Shown here one piece after another: positions 34,822 through 44,844 of a stretch of 64,000 nucleotides of DNA. The stretch comes from an uncultured Bacteroidaceae bacterium (GTDB lineage Bacteria > Bacteroidota > Bacteroidia > Bacteroidales > GCA-2748055), in NCBI GenBank assembly GCA_964572225.1, contig CAZNFR010000005.1, positions 1,383 to 65,382 on the forward strand, given 5' to 3'. A model generated the notes under the pieces. The model was not told where the DNA came from. It worked only from the letters and a program-made list of their open reading frames with translations, and ran no database searches. The position numbers and the translations under genes are program-made. Positions within the stretch are counted from its first letter, which is position 1. Each line of letters begins with the position of its first letter.

Positions 34822-37575
34822 TTAGTAGCCGGGAATTTTTTCCATTTCCCGGATAAATGCATCCTGATATCCCATCTTTTGCAGTCTTTTCAGTTCATCC
34901 AGTGCTGCCTCCATGCCTTCAAAATCACCAATAATATAACGGAATATTCCGTCATCACCCTGAATTTCCCGGATACCTATAAGCGGTTTAAAATAGTTTT
35001 TTCCAACAGGTACTTTCAATGCCCTTAGTTGTATGGTCAGATTTACTGAGCTTTTGCTGGTTGTGTTTTCAACAGAAGTTGTCCCAAATCGTTCGAGATC
35101 AATGATAAAAGCATCCAGATATCCCCGGTTCCTGAGTTCCTGAAGGTCTGTGGCTGCTTCCTCCTCGCTTTCATACTGGCCATAAATAATCCGGTAAAAA
35201 CCATCATCACACTTTTTCACTTCCACTTCACTGAGATGAACATAATTTTTGGCGTTAGATGGCATTTTCAGTGCCGCTAGCTGGATCCCAAAATGATCGG
35301 AGGTAGAATTAATAAGGGTACTTGCCAGACCGGAATGCTGTTGCAGGTTGGTACGATTGATAACCCTTGCACTGGGGAATTCCTGGAAGGCAATTGAGTT
35401 TTTAACTTCCTCGGCATGCCGTACGGAATAGAATAGCCCTAATGTGTAGAGGTAGCTCGAATCCACAAGAACCTCGGTTACCTCCTCCTGGGTAATCCGG
35501 TTTACCGAGGAGAAATAGGATCGGGGAAGTGGAGATTCTGACTGGGTTAGAAGGAGGGTATACTGGCTACTTCGTTTGGGTTTAAGATAATCGGGAATTT
35601 CAATGGGTTCAATGGTAATATTATGCTCATTTGAAGGAAGAATCTTAATTTCCACGCTTCGATTCAGTTTTCTTCCTTCCGGATTATCACTTCCGTCCGG
35701 ATTGGTATTCATCGCCAGATTATTTGTCTCCCCTAATCCGCGGGTGACAAAACGAGTTCTTTCAATTCCTCTGGAAACCAGGTATTCAAGAACCGAGTTG
35801 GCCCTGCGTTTCGATAGTTCAAGGTTATACCCGGGAGTTCCTTTACTATCTGTGTGGCCAATAATTTCGATATATAGTTCCGGATATTTGAGCATCAGCT
35901 GATACAATCGTTCGATCTCCAGGATAGCTGTGTCTTTAAGTTCGGATGAATTATAATCAAATAGCAGGTTCTTCACCACAAGATATTCCCCGGAACTAAC
36001 CTCTGTGGATGTTAATTCCAGATCCAGGTTTAGCTCTGAACGCTCAAAATCCTTCTCGACTGAGAGTCGTTCCACAAGGGTTTCATAATTGGAAGCACTG
36101 GCAGTAATGGAGTATAATCCCGGATGGATCACAAGACTGAATTCTCCGGTTACCCGGTCTGGTTTGAGTGTGTCCCGATAGTTTTCATCTCCGATTTTAC
36201 CAACAGTAACACGGGCATCTTCAGGAAATTCTGCATCGTCCATGAGCTTCAGCTTCCCTTTAAGGGTTATTTTCATTTCCGTGACCGGAGGAAGTATAGT
36301 TAACTCCTTGATGGCGGCGTGGTTCTCTTCGGGAAGGATCGGACCTGCATACAGAGCAGTCCTGTTTTTCTCGACCGGGTAGAAAAAGAAATTGTCATCT
36401 GTGGAATTGACCGGGTAGCCCAGGTTTACGGGTACGGTCCATCTTCCTCCGGGTTGCAGATCTGACCTGTAGGTGTCGAATCCCCCCATTCCATCATGGC
36501 CCTGGGAGGCAAAATATAAGGTAAGCCCATCCTCAGTAATAAATGGACTGTTTTCATGATAGATGGTATTAATGGTGGGGCCCAGATTTTCGGGTTCCTC
36601 CCATTTTCCACGTGCATTTAATGTGGTTCGAAAAATATCCTGTCCACCCAGACTTCCTTTGCGATTACTCACAAAATAAAGGGTTTTTCCATCGGGTGAA
36701 ATGGATGCATGAATTTCCCAGAATCGGGAATTTACGGGTTTGTCCAACTTTGCCATCGGAGTCCAGCGATTTCTTTCAAAAAAGCTGACATAAATGTCCG
36801 CTCCGAAGTTATTCATTCTGACCAGGTAAAGTGTGTTTCCATCCGTGGAAATGGAGGTTGGATAGGCATCTCCGTCCGATTCAATCTGTGGGGTAATATT
36901 GACGGGGTTCGACCAGATATTCTCACTTTGTTTTTTTACCATCCAGACTGCCTGGTAGAATTTTTCCTGTGTCATATAAATCAGGGTATTCCCATCACCC
37001 GACAACACCGGATTATAATTTTTTGCAGATTGCGGTATGATATCATCCAATAACCGGGTTTTTACATTCACCGGTTCTTTCATATATTTTTCCGCCCTGT
37101 TACAGGCCTGGATTTGTTTATCCACGAAATCAATTTCATATACATCATTAACCCGGAGGGTTTTTTTGTATTGATTAAAGGTTTCTACAGCCTTATCCAA
37201 CCGATTATCAATCTGATAGGCGGTAGCCAAAAGGAAGAGAGTATGGGGGGGTGATTTATCTTCAGAGAAAGTGCTTTCGAAATATTTTTCCGAGATATGC
37301 TCAATGGCATACTCAAGGTAGGGGATCGCCCTGGATTTCTGTCCGGGGATATTCAGATAACATAACCCAATGCGATAGTTAATATTTGCATTTTGTGAGT
37401 TTGCCCGGTACAATCTTAAATAAGCATTCAGTGCTTCTTCGTATTCTTCTGACATTAAAAAGTATTCCGCATCCTGAAAGTAAACGCGAAGATTTTCATC
37501 CTCCTGCGCCTGGCAATGAAGGTGGACACAGAGAAGAGAAAAAACTCCTATAGCTGAAATGAAAAATAATTTCAT
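34822..37575 (-). CDS. TPR + PD40 + carboxypeptidase-regulatory-like + OmpA_C + 3x SPOR-like protein (PorE-like)
   Basis: 917 aa. Signal peptide (..CQAQ); TPRs; PD40 repeats (ASISPDGKTLYFVSNRKGSLGGQDIF); OmpA motifs GHTDSKG..YNLELSKRRA..NRSVE; three C-terminal QL..YR..G.F...EA..L..GY.DAFI repeats. Confidence 0.88.
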   Translation of the reverse strand: MKLFFISAIGVFSLLCVHLHCQAQEDENLRVYFQDAEYFLMSEEYEEALNAYLRLYRANSQNANINYRIGLCYLNIPGQKSRAIPYLEYAIEHISEKYFESTFSEDKSPPHTLFLLATAYQIDNRLDKAVETFNQYKKTLRVNDVYEIDFVDKQIQACNRAEKYMKEPVNVKTRLLDDIIPQSAKNYNPVLSGDGNTLIYMTQEKFYQAVWMVKKQSENIWSNPVNITPQIESDGDAYPTSISTDGNTLYLVRMNNFGADIYVSFFERNRWTPMAKLDKPVNSRFWEIHASISPDGKTLYFVSNRKGSLGGQDIFRTTLNARGKWEEPENLGPTINTIYHENSPFITEDGLTLYFASQGHDGMGGFDTYRSDLQPGGRWTVPVNLGYPVNSTDDNFFFYPVEKNRTALYAGPILPEENHAAIKELTILPPVTEMKITLKGKLKLMDDAEFPEDARVTVGKIGDENYRDTLKPDRVTGEFSLVIHPGLYSITASASNYETLVERLSVEKDFERSELNLDLELTSTEVSSGEYLVVKNLLFDYNSSELKDTAILEIERLYQLMLKYPELYIEIIGHTDSKGTPGYNLELSKRRANSVLEYLVSRGIERTRFVTRGLGETNNLAMNTNPDGSDNPEGRKLNRSVEIKILPSNEHNITIEPIEIPDYLKPKRSSQYTLLLTQSESPLPRSYFSSVNRITQEEVTEVLVDSSYLYTLGLFYSVRHAEEVKNSIAFQEFPSARVINRTNLQQHSGLASTLINSTSDHFGIQLAALKMPSNAKNYVHLSEVEVKKCDDGFYRIIYGQYESEEEAATDLQELRNRGYLDAFIIDLERFGTTSVENTTSKSSVNLTIQLRALKVPVGKNYFKPLIGIREIQGDDGIFRYIIGDFEGMEAALDELKRLQKMGYQDAFIREMEKIPGY

Positions 37576-39059
37576 TTTTCTCTGGATGTTTTCCCGGACT
37601 CCTGCTCATTTATGAAATCAATGGTGAACTTATTATCGCCTGGAGTTAAAACCTTCAGGCTATCTGATCTCACATCATACCCAAGGGTAAATTTTTCTCC
37701 TGTTTCCTGGTCCGTAACAATAATTCTGAAGTTGTACTGGAATTTTTTCGGTTTTAGGGCCAGTGCATCATTCCGGGGGAGGATACGTACACGGTAGATA
37801 TCTTCAATACTGTTATTATCAACCCCCTCAAATAAAGCAAGATATCCTGCATCCCCTTCTGCCACAGGCTGATAAAATCGATTGTCGTTGGTGGTGTTTA
37901 TAGGAAAACCAATATTAACGGGCTTTTGCCATTTCCCGTTCCCATCCTTTTTGCTATAAAAAATATCAAATCCTCCCATATTGAAGTGCCCTTTAGATGT
38001 AAAATACAGGGTCTCACCTTCATTCAAAAGATTTGGGCAATCTTCATCTGCTTCAGTGTTAATCGCGGGTCCGAAGGAGATCAACTCTCCCCAGCTGCCA
38101 TCATTCTCCAGGTTTGCATAGTAAAGATCAGAGCCTCCGGCACCCCCTCTTCTTTCGGAGGCAACCAGGATTCCCCTGCCGTCGGGTGTAAAAGAGGCAA
38201 AGTGTTCATCTTTGGTGCTATTTATATTTTTCCCCAGCTTTTCAGCCTTTGACCAGACATTATTATTAAGTTCACTAAAATAGATGTCTTTCCCGGTAAA
38301 ACCATTCTCTTTGGTAAGCAAAAGCTTCGTGCCATCTGCTGAAAGAGAGGTCGGAATCATATCTCCATCAGAACCCACCTGAGGAGTAATATTTACCGGT
38401 TCAGTCCATTTATCATCTACTTTTCGGCTGAACATAACCGCATCGTAAAATTTTTCTTTTCTCATGAAGACCATCACATCCTCCCTCAAATTCACAACCG
38501 GCTGGTAATTCACCCCTCCATTGTTAATATTGCTTCCGGCACTTATTTTTTCAATGTTGAGAGGGGAATCCTTAATGATCTTGGCTCTTTCACAGGCTGC
38601 GACCTCATTTTCTACGATCCTGACATTATAGTTTTTTTCGAAATTCCTTATATCCCGAAAGGTTTCGTAAGCTTCCAGGGCTTCGTCAAGGCGATTGTCA
38701 ATTCTGTAGGCATTACCCAGATAAAACCATGCATGATGTGGGGCTTTCTTTATATCAAAATTTCTTTCCTTGTACTTCATGGTTGTACTGGTGACGGCTT
38801 TTTCCAGGTATGGGATAGCAAGCCTTTCCAGTCCTTCGATATTTAGATAAGACATTCCGACCCGATAACTGAGATTGGTATTTTCGGGGTTCAATCCGGC
38901 CAGTTGTTTGAACAGGTAAACGGCCTCTTCGAACTCTTCGGTGGCAAAGAAAAACTCGGCATCATCAAAAATCTCTTCCTGTGAGCTATTCAGTTTTTGC
39001 GCGAAAACAATGGAATAGCAGTTTATGAGTGTGAACAATAGGAGTATTGTTTTTTTCAT
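37572..39059 (-). CDS. TPR + PD40 secreted protein without OmpA domain
   Basis: 495 aa. Signal peptide (..VFAQ); same TPR/PD40 core as its neighbours; short C-terminal tail. Confidence 0.85.
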   Translation of the reverse strand: MKKTILLLFTLINCYSIVFAQKLNSSQEEIFDDAEFFFATEEFEEAVYLFKQLAGLNPENTNLSYRVGMSYLNIEGLERLAIPYLEKAVTSTTMKYKERNFDIKKAPHHAWFYLGNAYRIDNRLDEALEAYETFRDIRNFEKNYNVRIVENEVAACERAKIIKDSPLNIEKISAGSNINNGGVNYQPVVNLREDVMVFMRKEKFYDAVMFSRKVDDKWTEPVNITPQVGSDGDMIPTSLSADGTKLLLTKENGFTGKDIYFSELNNNVWSKAEKLGKNINSTKDEHFASFTPDGRGILVASERRGGAGGSDLYYANLENDGSWGELISFGPAINTEADEDCPNLLNEGETLYFTSKGHFNMGGFDIFYSKKDGNGKWQKPVNIGFPINTTNDNRFYQPVAEGDAGYLALFEGVDNNSIEDIYRVRILPRNDALALKPKKFQYNFRIIVTDQETGEKFTLGYDVRSDSLKVLTPGDNKFTIDFINEQESGKTSREK

Positions 39060-39144
39060 TCCAGGCAGAGTTTAAACCATTTAAGACAAAGAAACCCGGT
39101 GGTAAGATAATATTTTACCACTTTGATTTCAAAATGTTACAAAT

Positions 39145-39152
39145 CAAATGTA
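39145..39152 (-). promoter_or_regulatory. Internal -7 element upstream of the 495-aa TPR/PD40 gene
   Basis: TACATTTG on the minus strand. Confidence 0.55.
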
Positions 39153-39212
39153 CAATTTTCCGTGAATATTGACCGGGTTAAATGAAAGCCTGTGAAAATC
39201 CCGTATAAAAGA

Positions 39213-41081
39213 TCAGTTATTGACCTTAAGTTCGTCCGGAACCTCTACCTCTTCCAGTTCAATCCATTCAAAGGGACGGGTCGTGATCCTGAATTCAACG
39301 CGACGGTTAAGCATTCTTCCTTTTACTGAGTCTCTTCCGTCGGGTGTGGTATTCATGGCAGCGGGTTTATTTTCGCTGAAAGCCCGGAGTGTCAGCCTTT
39401 CCCTGTCTATCCCCTTGCTTACCAGGTATTTAATAACCTCCGAAGCGCGACGCTCGGAGAGAATCTGGTTATAGGCATCGGGTCCTTTGGAGTCGGTATG
39501 ACCGTGCACCTCAATTTTCAGCTGGGGATATTCATTCATGGCTTCGGTAAGATCATTCAGTCTTCCTTTTGCTATATCGTTTAATGCATAGCTGTCGAAA
39601 TCAAAGAATACAGGTCTGATATTGAAGCGGAGCTTTTCGGGTTCTTTGATTTCTTCTTCAACCAGTACCGGTGTTAATACTGTTGTATCGGGTATAATAG
39701 GTTCTGAATCCATTTCTGAGATATCTTTTTCTTCAACAGCTTGTGCCTCTGTTTCTCCAAGGATGGGTGTTTCTTCTTCCTCAAGTGCAATATCCTCAGT
39801 CGGGAGAGTTTCCACCCTGTAAATGTCACCACTTCCAATGCCTTCAGGATCATACCTTGTAATATAACCCTGAACATCCTTTTCTTTCCCCAGTGGATAA
39901 AAGAAAACATCATCATCGGTTGTATTCAGGGGGAAAGGAAGGTTTACAGGTTCGGACCAGTTTCCATCATCGCCCAGGGTGGAATAAAAAATATCATAGC
40001 CTCCAATGGTAGTATGCCCTTGAGAACTAAAGAACAGGGTTTTGCCGTCGGGGGTAAGAAAGGGACTATCTTCGTTTAATGAGGTATTAATAGTACTACC
40101 CAGATTTTGAGGTTCGCCCCAGTCTCCGTTTTGCATTTTACGGGAAAAGAAAATGTCCATTCCTCCCAGGCTTTCGCTACGATTACTGGTAAAGTAAAGA
40201 GTATTGCCATCGGGAGAGAGAAATGCATGTGATTCAAAGAATTTTGAGTTTATCGGCTTTCCGATATTCTCTGATCTCGACCATGTCCGGGCACGGTACT
40301 CGCTTACCATAATATCTGCATCGAAATTGGAGATTTTTGACAGAAACATTTTAGTCCCGTCATAGGAGAGAGAAGTGACGTATTGATCCCCATCCGATTG
40401 AATCTGTGGAGTCACATTCACCGGGTTTGCCCAGCGGCTACCCTGTTTTTCAACAAAATAAACCGCATCATAGAATTTCTGCTCCGATACGTAAGCCATA
40501 AATTCACCGTTGCCTGAAAGGACGGCATTGAGGTTATCAAGACCCGTATTTAGCGGTGTTCCCAGATTCTCAATCCGGATTTTTGCCGGGTTTTCTATGG
40601 ATAGCTTAGCCCTCTGGCAGGCCTCAATCTGTTGAAGGGTGTATTTGATTTCAATCTCATTCTTAGCCTCCAGTTTATCTATATACCGATTATAGGCAGA
40701 GATGGCAGAATCAAGCTGGTAGTTGATACGGTAGGCATTACCCAGGAATAAAAGTGCATCAAAAGGGGCACGTTCTTCATTGAAAATACCTTCGCGATAA
40801 TTTCCGGCAATATTTTTCACTGCCTCTTCAAGAAAGGGGATTGCTTTTTCCTTTTCCCCGCTGATATTGAGATAGCATACCCCAATTTTATAATTAATAT
40901 TTGCATTATTCTGGAAGCCCGCATCGTAGACTTTCATGAAGGCAGACAGAGCGTCCCTGTAATCCTCCTCTTCCATAAAGAAAATGCCATCAAAAAAATT
41001 GACCCGGTCTTCATCCTTCTGTGAATAGGAAAAACTACAGCCAAGCCCTATAAGCAGAAGGATCAGGGATATTTTTCTCAT
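39213..41081 (-). CDS. TPR + PD40 + OmpA_C protein (PorE-like)
   Basis: 622 aa. Signal peptide (..SYSQ); PD40 repeats; acidic linker; VFFDFDS, GHTDSKGPDAYNQILSERRA, NRRVEF. Confidence 0.88.
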   Translation of the reverse strand: MRKISLILLLIGLGCSFSYSQKDEDRVNFFDGIFFMEEEDYRDALSAFMKVYDAGFQNNANINYKIGVCYLNISGEKEKAIPFLEEAVKNIAGNYREGIFNEERAPFDALLFLGNAYRINYQLDSAISAYNRYIDKLEAKNEIEIKYTLQQIEACQRAKLSIENPAKIRIENLGTPLNTGLDNLNAVLSGNGEFMAYVSEQKFYDAVYFVEKQGSRWANPVNVTPQIQSDGDQYVTSLSYDGTKMFLSKISNFDADIMVSEYRARTWSRSENIGKPINSKFFESHAFLSPDGNTLYFTSNRSESLGGMDIFFSRKMQNGDWGEPQNLGSTINTSLNEDSPFLTPDGKTLFFSSQGHTTIGGYDIFYSTLGDDGNWSEPVNLPFPLNTTDDDVFFYPLGKEKDVQGYITRYDPEGIGSGDIYRVETLPTEDIALEEEETPILGETEAQAVEEKDISEMDSEPIIPDTTVLTPVLVEEEIKEPEKLRFNIRPVFFDFDSYALNDIAKGRLNDLTEAMNEYPQLKIEVHGHTDSKGPDAYNQILSERRASEVIKYLVSKGIDRERLTLRAFSENKPAAMNTTPDGRDSVKGRMLNRRVEFRITTRPFEWIELEEVEVPDELKVNN

Positions 41082-41242
41082 CTCAATAGGTTTTTAATTA
41101 TAGTCCTTATAAATATAAGGGGATTATCAGAATAAATGAAACGCTAAACCGGCATTACTGTTTCATTATTCGTAAAAAATATCCTTACCCATACTAATTA
41201 TGTGTGAAATTTGAACTTTCACAGATTCAGTCTGCCGTTTTC

Positions 41243-44200
41243 TCAGGTCCGGTCCTCTTTTTTCTTCCTTCGTCTTTCAAACAAGATGAGGAAAAGAATC
41301 ACCAATCCTTCAGCGAGAAGTATCAAAAGGGTCAGTCTGGCTCCCCGGCCGGATTTTCCATGGTCCTTTTCGGACGGTTCAAATTCATCTATGGTTTTTT
41401 CCTCGAAGGGAAGATCGCCCTGCAGGTATTTTTCAATTACCTCGGAAAGTTGCCCGCTGGTAAAACCGTAACTTTCTTTTAGAGGGGTTAAATATTCAAT
41501 GAGATCCCGGAGATTATACAAGGGGGTTTGTCCGAGGTTAACATCGGTAAGAGCCTTGTTAAGACCAGAGTAATCAACAGACAGCCGGTTGAGTTCGTCC
41601 AGCATTTTCTCCACATAAAACCGGGTCATCCCATCAGAAACTGTTTGGTAAACAATTTCCTCACTCATATCTTCAAGACTGAGAAGGTATTGTATCAGTT
41701 CCGGTATGGTGGTAATTCCCATTTCCCTGAGGTTAAGATCCAACAGGATGTCTCTCAGAGCACCATCCGAATTTGTGATCAGGTAATCCAGGAATTCGTA
41801 AAGGTCAATGTATTCAACATAATGCCTGAAATGATCGACCACTTCTTCTTCTTCAAGAGCCCGGTTATTTTCAGATTCTCTAAGGAGGTACCTGTATAGC
41901 TCGTGAGACCAGGGAGTATCTGCTTCCATTTCTTTCAAAACTTCTTTCAGCTCATCACTGGCATTTTTGAGAATAATCCGCAATATTTGTGAAGTAGGGA
42001 TCTCTTCCGCCCTAAGCATAACGTCGATAAGGTCGGTAGTAATGTCTTTCTCCCTGTCCGATTCCCTGAGCAGATAACGGTACAACTCACTTCTTCCCAT
42101 ATCCACAATCTCCCCGCGGTCTATAGATTCCAGGAACGCCCGTGTATCTCCTTCTGAAAGGACAATTAACCGCTCAAAAAGCCTGATTGCATTGGTAGAG
42201 GCAAAATAATCAGCAAGCATCTGATTAATATCCGTATTCGTATAGCCATTGTCCGGTGCCTTATCCCTGAGATGGGTAATCAGTTCACCAAAGGATTCGA
42301 TACCCTGATTCTCGGGATCGATGCCAAGAAGTGTTTCTTTGAGATTGCCGTTTGCAAATGCTGAAAGGTCCCTGATCAGTTTCTCTATATCCCTGTAGTT
42401 CTGGGTTTTTGCCAGGGCTTTGGTCACATCAGACGGGGAATACTTGCCTTTATCAGTGTTGGAGTAGAGGTTATCGATCAATTCCTTTCGGTTTTGTATT
42501 TGGCTTTTTTCCGGATCCAGCTCCTCAAGATAGTTTTTCAGATTTTCATCGGAATTTTCCTGAAGATTGCCAATAAGCTTTTCCAGTGCGTACAATTCAT
42601 CGACACTGGTAATCAACCGGTCTACATCACCATCCGTAAACTCCTGATTTTCTGATTCATTGAACAGATGAAGGATAAGCTCATCTTTGTTTTCTATTCC
42701 CTCTTCTTCCGGATCCAGCCCCATGAGATAATCGAGGAGGGAACCGGTTGCGGCACCCAGAAGAAGATCTCTGAAAAGCTCAGCCTGTGTAAGTCCGCCG
42801 GCTCCGGGTGACAAAACTGCGGCCGGACCTGAGCCTGTGCCTGAAGTTCCTGCCCCTGGAGTCTGCCCGGGAAGAAGGTTTGAACCAGCCCGACCGTCTC
42901 CAGGTACTTCCCGGGTATCAATCTCAGTCAGGGGTTTTTCCGGATCCATGATCCTGAGCTGCTTTTGTATAAGATTGCCCTTATCGTCGGTGAGGGTGAG
43001 AACCACGGTATTTTCCCCTGGCCTTGGATCAAATTCCACTTTTTGCTCCCTTCTGCCGGCTTCGACCGATTCACTAAAATAGTTTTGTCCCTGATTAAGG
43101 GCATTGACCTGAACGGTTGCATCTTTGGAAGCCCTGAACCTGATTTCCACCGGTTCACCTTCCTTGGCATAAATCAGAGAGTCGGAAAGAATCTTCAACA
43201 GTTCTTCCTCTTCTCTTTGGTCAGTTATGGTTGGTACTGCACTAAGAATTATCGGGGTTGCAAAAATGAGCCCACTTGGCCCGGTCACATTCCTGGATAG
43301 TTCCAGTTCTTCTATTTTACTATGAAATTTGTCACTATCAAATACCAACTGGTATTGTCCTTCAGGAGCTTTAAATTTGAAACGCCCATCCCTGTTTGGA
43401 TTAATGGTTGAAAGAGTGTCGGCCGAGCCTTTTTCCACCAAAGAGATCTTTACTTCGGAGGAATCCACTTTCACTCCCATATAATCCAAAAGACCTTCAA
43501 TTGCAAACATCCTGGGATTATCCGGACTGTAAATGGTAATCCGGTGGATATCATGCCTGCCATTCCCCGACTGATCGAATCTTGAATAGTAAGCTGCCTG
43601 ACCGTTTTTTACCGGATTAAAAAACTGATCATCGTCTGTGCTGTTGATAGAATATCCGATGTTAACGGGTTTTGCCCATGAGCCGTCTGCATTTTTTCGG
43701 CTCATGAAAATATCGTACCCTCCCATGTTATAATGACCATAGGAACTGAAGAAAATCTTTTGGCCATCTTCCGTAATAAAAGGATTATCATCGTTGTAGG
43801 GGGAATTGATCACGTTTCCAAGGTTGGTAGCTTCACCCCATTCTCCATTGGGTAATCGCTCCGAACGGAAAATGTCAAGTCCGCCAAAGGAGCCCTTTCG
43901 GTTGGAGGAAAAGTAGAGTGTCTTTCCATCCCTGGAAACACTGGCATGGGATTCCCAGTATTTAGTATTAATGTTCTCGTTAAGTTTCCGGAGAGGGGTC
44001 CATTTCCCGTTAATCAGTTTGGTTACATAAAGATTCCCGTCAAATTCATCGTTCCGGTAGATGTACATTTCGGTTCCGTTATAGGAGAGGCAGGTAGGAT
44101 AAACATCCCCGTCAACCCCAAGTTCGGGGACAATATTCCGGGGAGCAAGCCATTCCCCATTTACCTTTTCTGTATAAAAAATGGCATCATAGAACTGAAG

Positions 44201-44794
44201 CCTGGAAATAAAGGCCATTTTGGTTTCATCGCCCGATACAACCGGATTGATGTCGGCAAAACGGGTATTGATCTTTGATCCCAGGTTTTCTGAGTCGATA
44301 TCAATGGGTTTCTTCATCAGACTCTCTGCCGCATCTACGGTAGCAATCTGTCTTTCCACGAGTTCAACATCATAAATCTCCGGATCCAACCTTACCAGGA
44401 ACAGATTGAAATACTCCCGTGCTTTGGAAAGCTGGTTGTTGATCCTGTAAGCAGTACCGAGGTAATATAAAACCTCAAGAGGAGCTCCGGTTTCCCGAAA
44501 GGAGTTTTCCTTAAACTTGGGATTTATATTTTCGGCTGCCTCTTCAAGGTAACGTATGGACTTGTTTTTTTCGTAAGGATTGTTGAGAAGACATACCCCG
44601 ATCTTGTAATTAATGTTATCGTTGTCGGGGAACTGCCGATGGATTCTCAAGTAGAGAGGGAGCGCTTCATTAAACTCTTCAAACAGAAAATAAGATTCAG
44701 CCTGAAGAAAAAGCTCTCTGAAATCTGTGTTCTGAGAATAACTTGAAGAGAATGATAAAAGGGTGATTATGAGAAAGAAAACGGTTTTTTTCAT
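41243..44794 (-). CDS. TPR + PD40 + beta-sandwich + helical-repeat protein with C-terminal membrane anchor
   Basis: About 1183 aa from MKKTV (44794). Signal peptide; TPR/PD40 core; Gly/Pro/Thr linker; ~7 helical repeats; final TM helix and RRRKKK tail. Confidence 0.85.
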   Translation of the reverse strand: MKKTVFFLIITLLSFSSSYSQNTDFRELFLQAESYFLFEEFNEALPLYLRIHRQFPDNDNINYKIGVCLLNNPYEKNKSIRYLEEAAENINPKFKENSFRETGAPLEVLYYLGTAYRINNQLSKAREYFNLFLVRLDPEIYDVELVERQIATVDAAESLMKKPIDIDSENLGSKINTRFADINPVVSGDETKMAFISRLQFYDAIFYTEKVNGEWLAPRNIVPELGVDGDVYPTCLSYNGTEMYIYRNDEFDGNLYVTKLINGKWTPLRKLNENINTKYWESHASVSRDGKTLYFSSNRKGSFGGLDIFRSERLPNGEWGEATNLGNVINSPYNDDNPFITEDGQKIFFSSYGHYNMGGYDIFMSRKNADGSWAKPVNIGYSINSTDDDQFFNPVKNGQAAYYSRFDQSGNGRHDIHRITIYSPDNPRMFAIEGLLDYMGVKVDSSEVKISLVEKGSADTLSTINPNRDGRFKFKAPEGQYQLVFDSDKFHSKIEELELSRNVTGPSGLIFATPIILSAVPTITDQREEEELLKILSDSLIYAKEGEPVEIRFRASKDATVQVNALNQGQNYFSESVEAGRREQKVEFDPRPGENTVVLTLTDDKGNLIQKQLRIMDPEKPLTEIDTREVPGDGRAGSNLLPGQTPGAGTSGTGSGPAAVLSPGAGGLTQAELFRDLLLGAATGSLLDYLMGLDPEEEGIENKDELILHLFNESENQEFTDGDVDRLITSVDELYALEKLIGNLQENSDENLKNYLEELDPEKSQIQNRKELIDNLYSNTDKGKYSPSDVTKALAKTQNYRDIEKLIRDLSAFANGNLKETLLGIDPENQGIESFGELITHLRDKAPDNGYTNTDINQMLADYFASTNAIRLFERLIVLSEGDTRAFLESIDRGEIVDMGRSELYRYLLRESDREKDITTDLIDVMLRAEEIPTSQILRIILKNASDELKEVLKEMEADTPWSHELYRYLLRESENNRALEEEEVVDHFRHYVEYIDLYEFLDYLITNSDGALRDILLDLNLREMGITTIPELIQYLLSLEDMSEEIVYQTVSDGMTRFYVEKMLDELNRLSVDYSGLNKALTDVNLGQTPLYNLRDLIEYLTPLKESYGFTSGQLSEVIEKYLQGDLPFEEKTIDEFEPSEKDHGKSGRGARLTLLILLAEGLVILFLILFERRRKKKEDRT
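41426..42784 (-). repeat. About seven tandem ~63-65-aa alpha-helical protein repeats
   Basis: GLDPEEEGIENKDELI / ELDPEKSQIQNRKELI / GIDPENQGIESFGELI in repeats 1-3; ELYRYLLRES identical in repeats 4 and 5; DLNLREMGITTIPELIQYL / DVNLGQTPLYNLRDLIEYL in repeats 6-7. Confidence 0.75.
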
Positions 44795-44844
44795 TTTTTC
44801 CAGATGAATTAATAAGCCATAGCCGGCCACTCACAGACTATCAG

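Noticed and set aside
41203-41223. CRP/FNR-type site TGTGA...TCACA
   Set aside because: The spacer is 11 nt rather than 6. It is kept only as a generic palindrome.
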